From Chiloscyllium plagiosum (Eukaryota): DNA of 64,000 bases. The stretch is taken from positions 31,408,048-31,472,047 of the forward strand of contig NC_057732.1 of the NCBI RefSeq assembly GCF_004010195.1. The letters run 5' to 3'. The translations under genes and the position numbers were made by a program. The notes under the pieces were generated by a model. The model was not told the DNA's origin. It ran no database searches and saw only the letters and a program-made list of their open reading frames with translations. Below, one piece after another: positions 63,621 to 64,000 of this stretch (positions within the stretch are counted from its first letter, which is position 1; each line of letters begins with the position of its first letter).

Positions 63621-64000
63621 TACTTCTGATAGACTAAAATCACTTCATGAAATGTCAATTTTGACTCTTTGGAGTAACTTTTCAAATGTTTTGAAGTATG
63701 CGCTCATTCGTACTAACTCCTTTGCTATCGACCTTCATTGCAGTATAATAAGAACCTGTGCAGCTGTGGTCTGAACCACGAAGGAACAAGGGAACACAAA
63801 AAAACCTTCTAAACAAAATGCCTTTTTATGAAGCAGAGAGAATAGAAATAGAGAGCTAGTTCTAAGGTGGTGACAACCCAACTGTTTGTCCTAAAGCTGA
63901 GGAGTAGCTATCTGGGCCTGTTTAAGTACTGGTGTCTTGGGAGGCTTAGGCTTTCATGAGAGATTGTTGCTGACATCTGCAACCTCCCAAAACAATATTT

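Overview
Vertebrate (elasmobranch/shark-type) genomic DNA, judged from abundant HE1 SINEs and CR1/HER1 LINEs; one 58-N gap at 45976-46033. Three spliced protein-coding genes are supported by recalled similarity to the human proteins plus in-frame GT-AG splice sites. (1) The 5' part of CCDC146 on the minus strand: coding exons 40436-40293, 11015-10933 and 7443-7234; the rest was not found and probably lies left of the window. (2) A complete two-exon FGL2 (433 aa; 34080-34671 + 36738-37447) nested on the plus strand inside the 29-kb intron after the first CCDC146 coding exon. (3) The first three coding exons of FAM185A (+), head-to-head with CCDC146 across a ~1-kb promoter with RFX/CCAAT motifs on one side and ZNF143-THAP11/NRF1 motifs on the other. 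Most other sequence is decayed transposable elements (CR1, L2/CR1-like, Tx1, Penelope-like, Gypsy, a solo LTR, Harbinger, Tigger-like MITEs, Deu-domain SINEs) and satellites. The most notable observations are dispersed minimal hammerhead-ribozyme motifs in Penelope pLTR hairpins with clean TSDs (one inside the FGL2 intron), and loss in this FGL2 of the SxxK serine and first CxxC motif. No database searches were run; all homology calls are from memory of the families.
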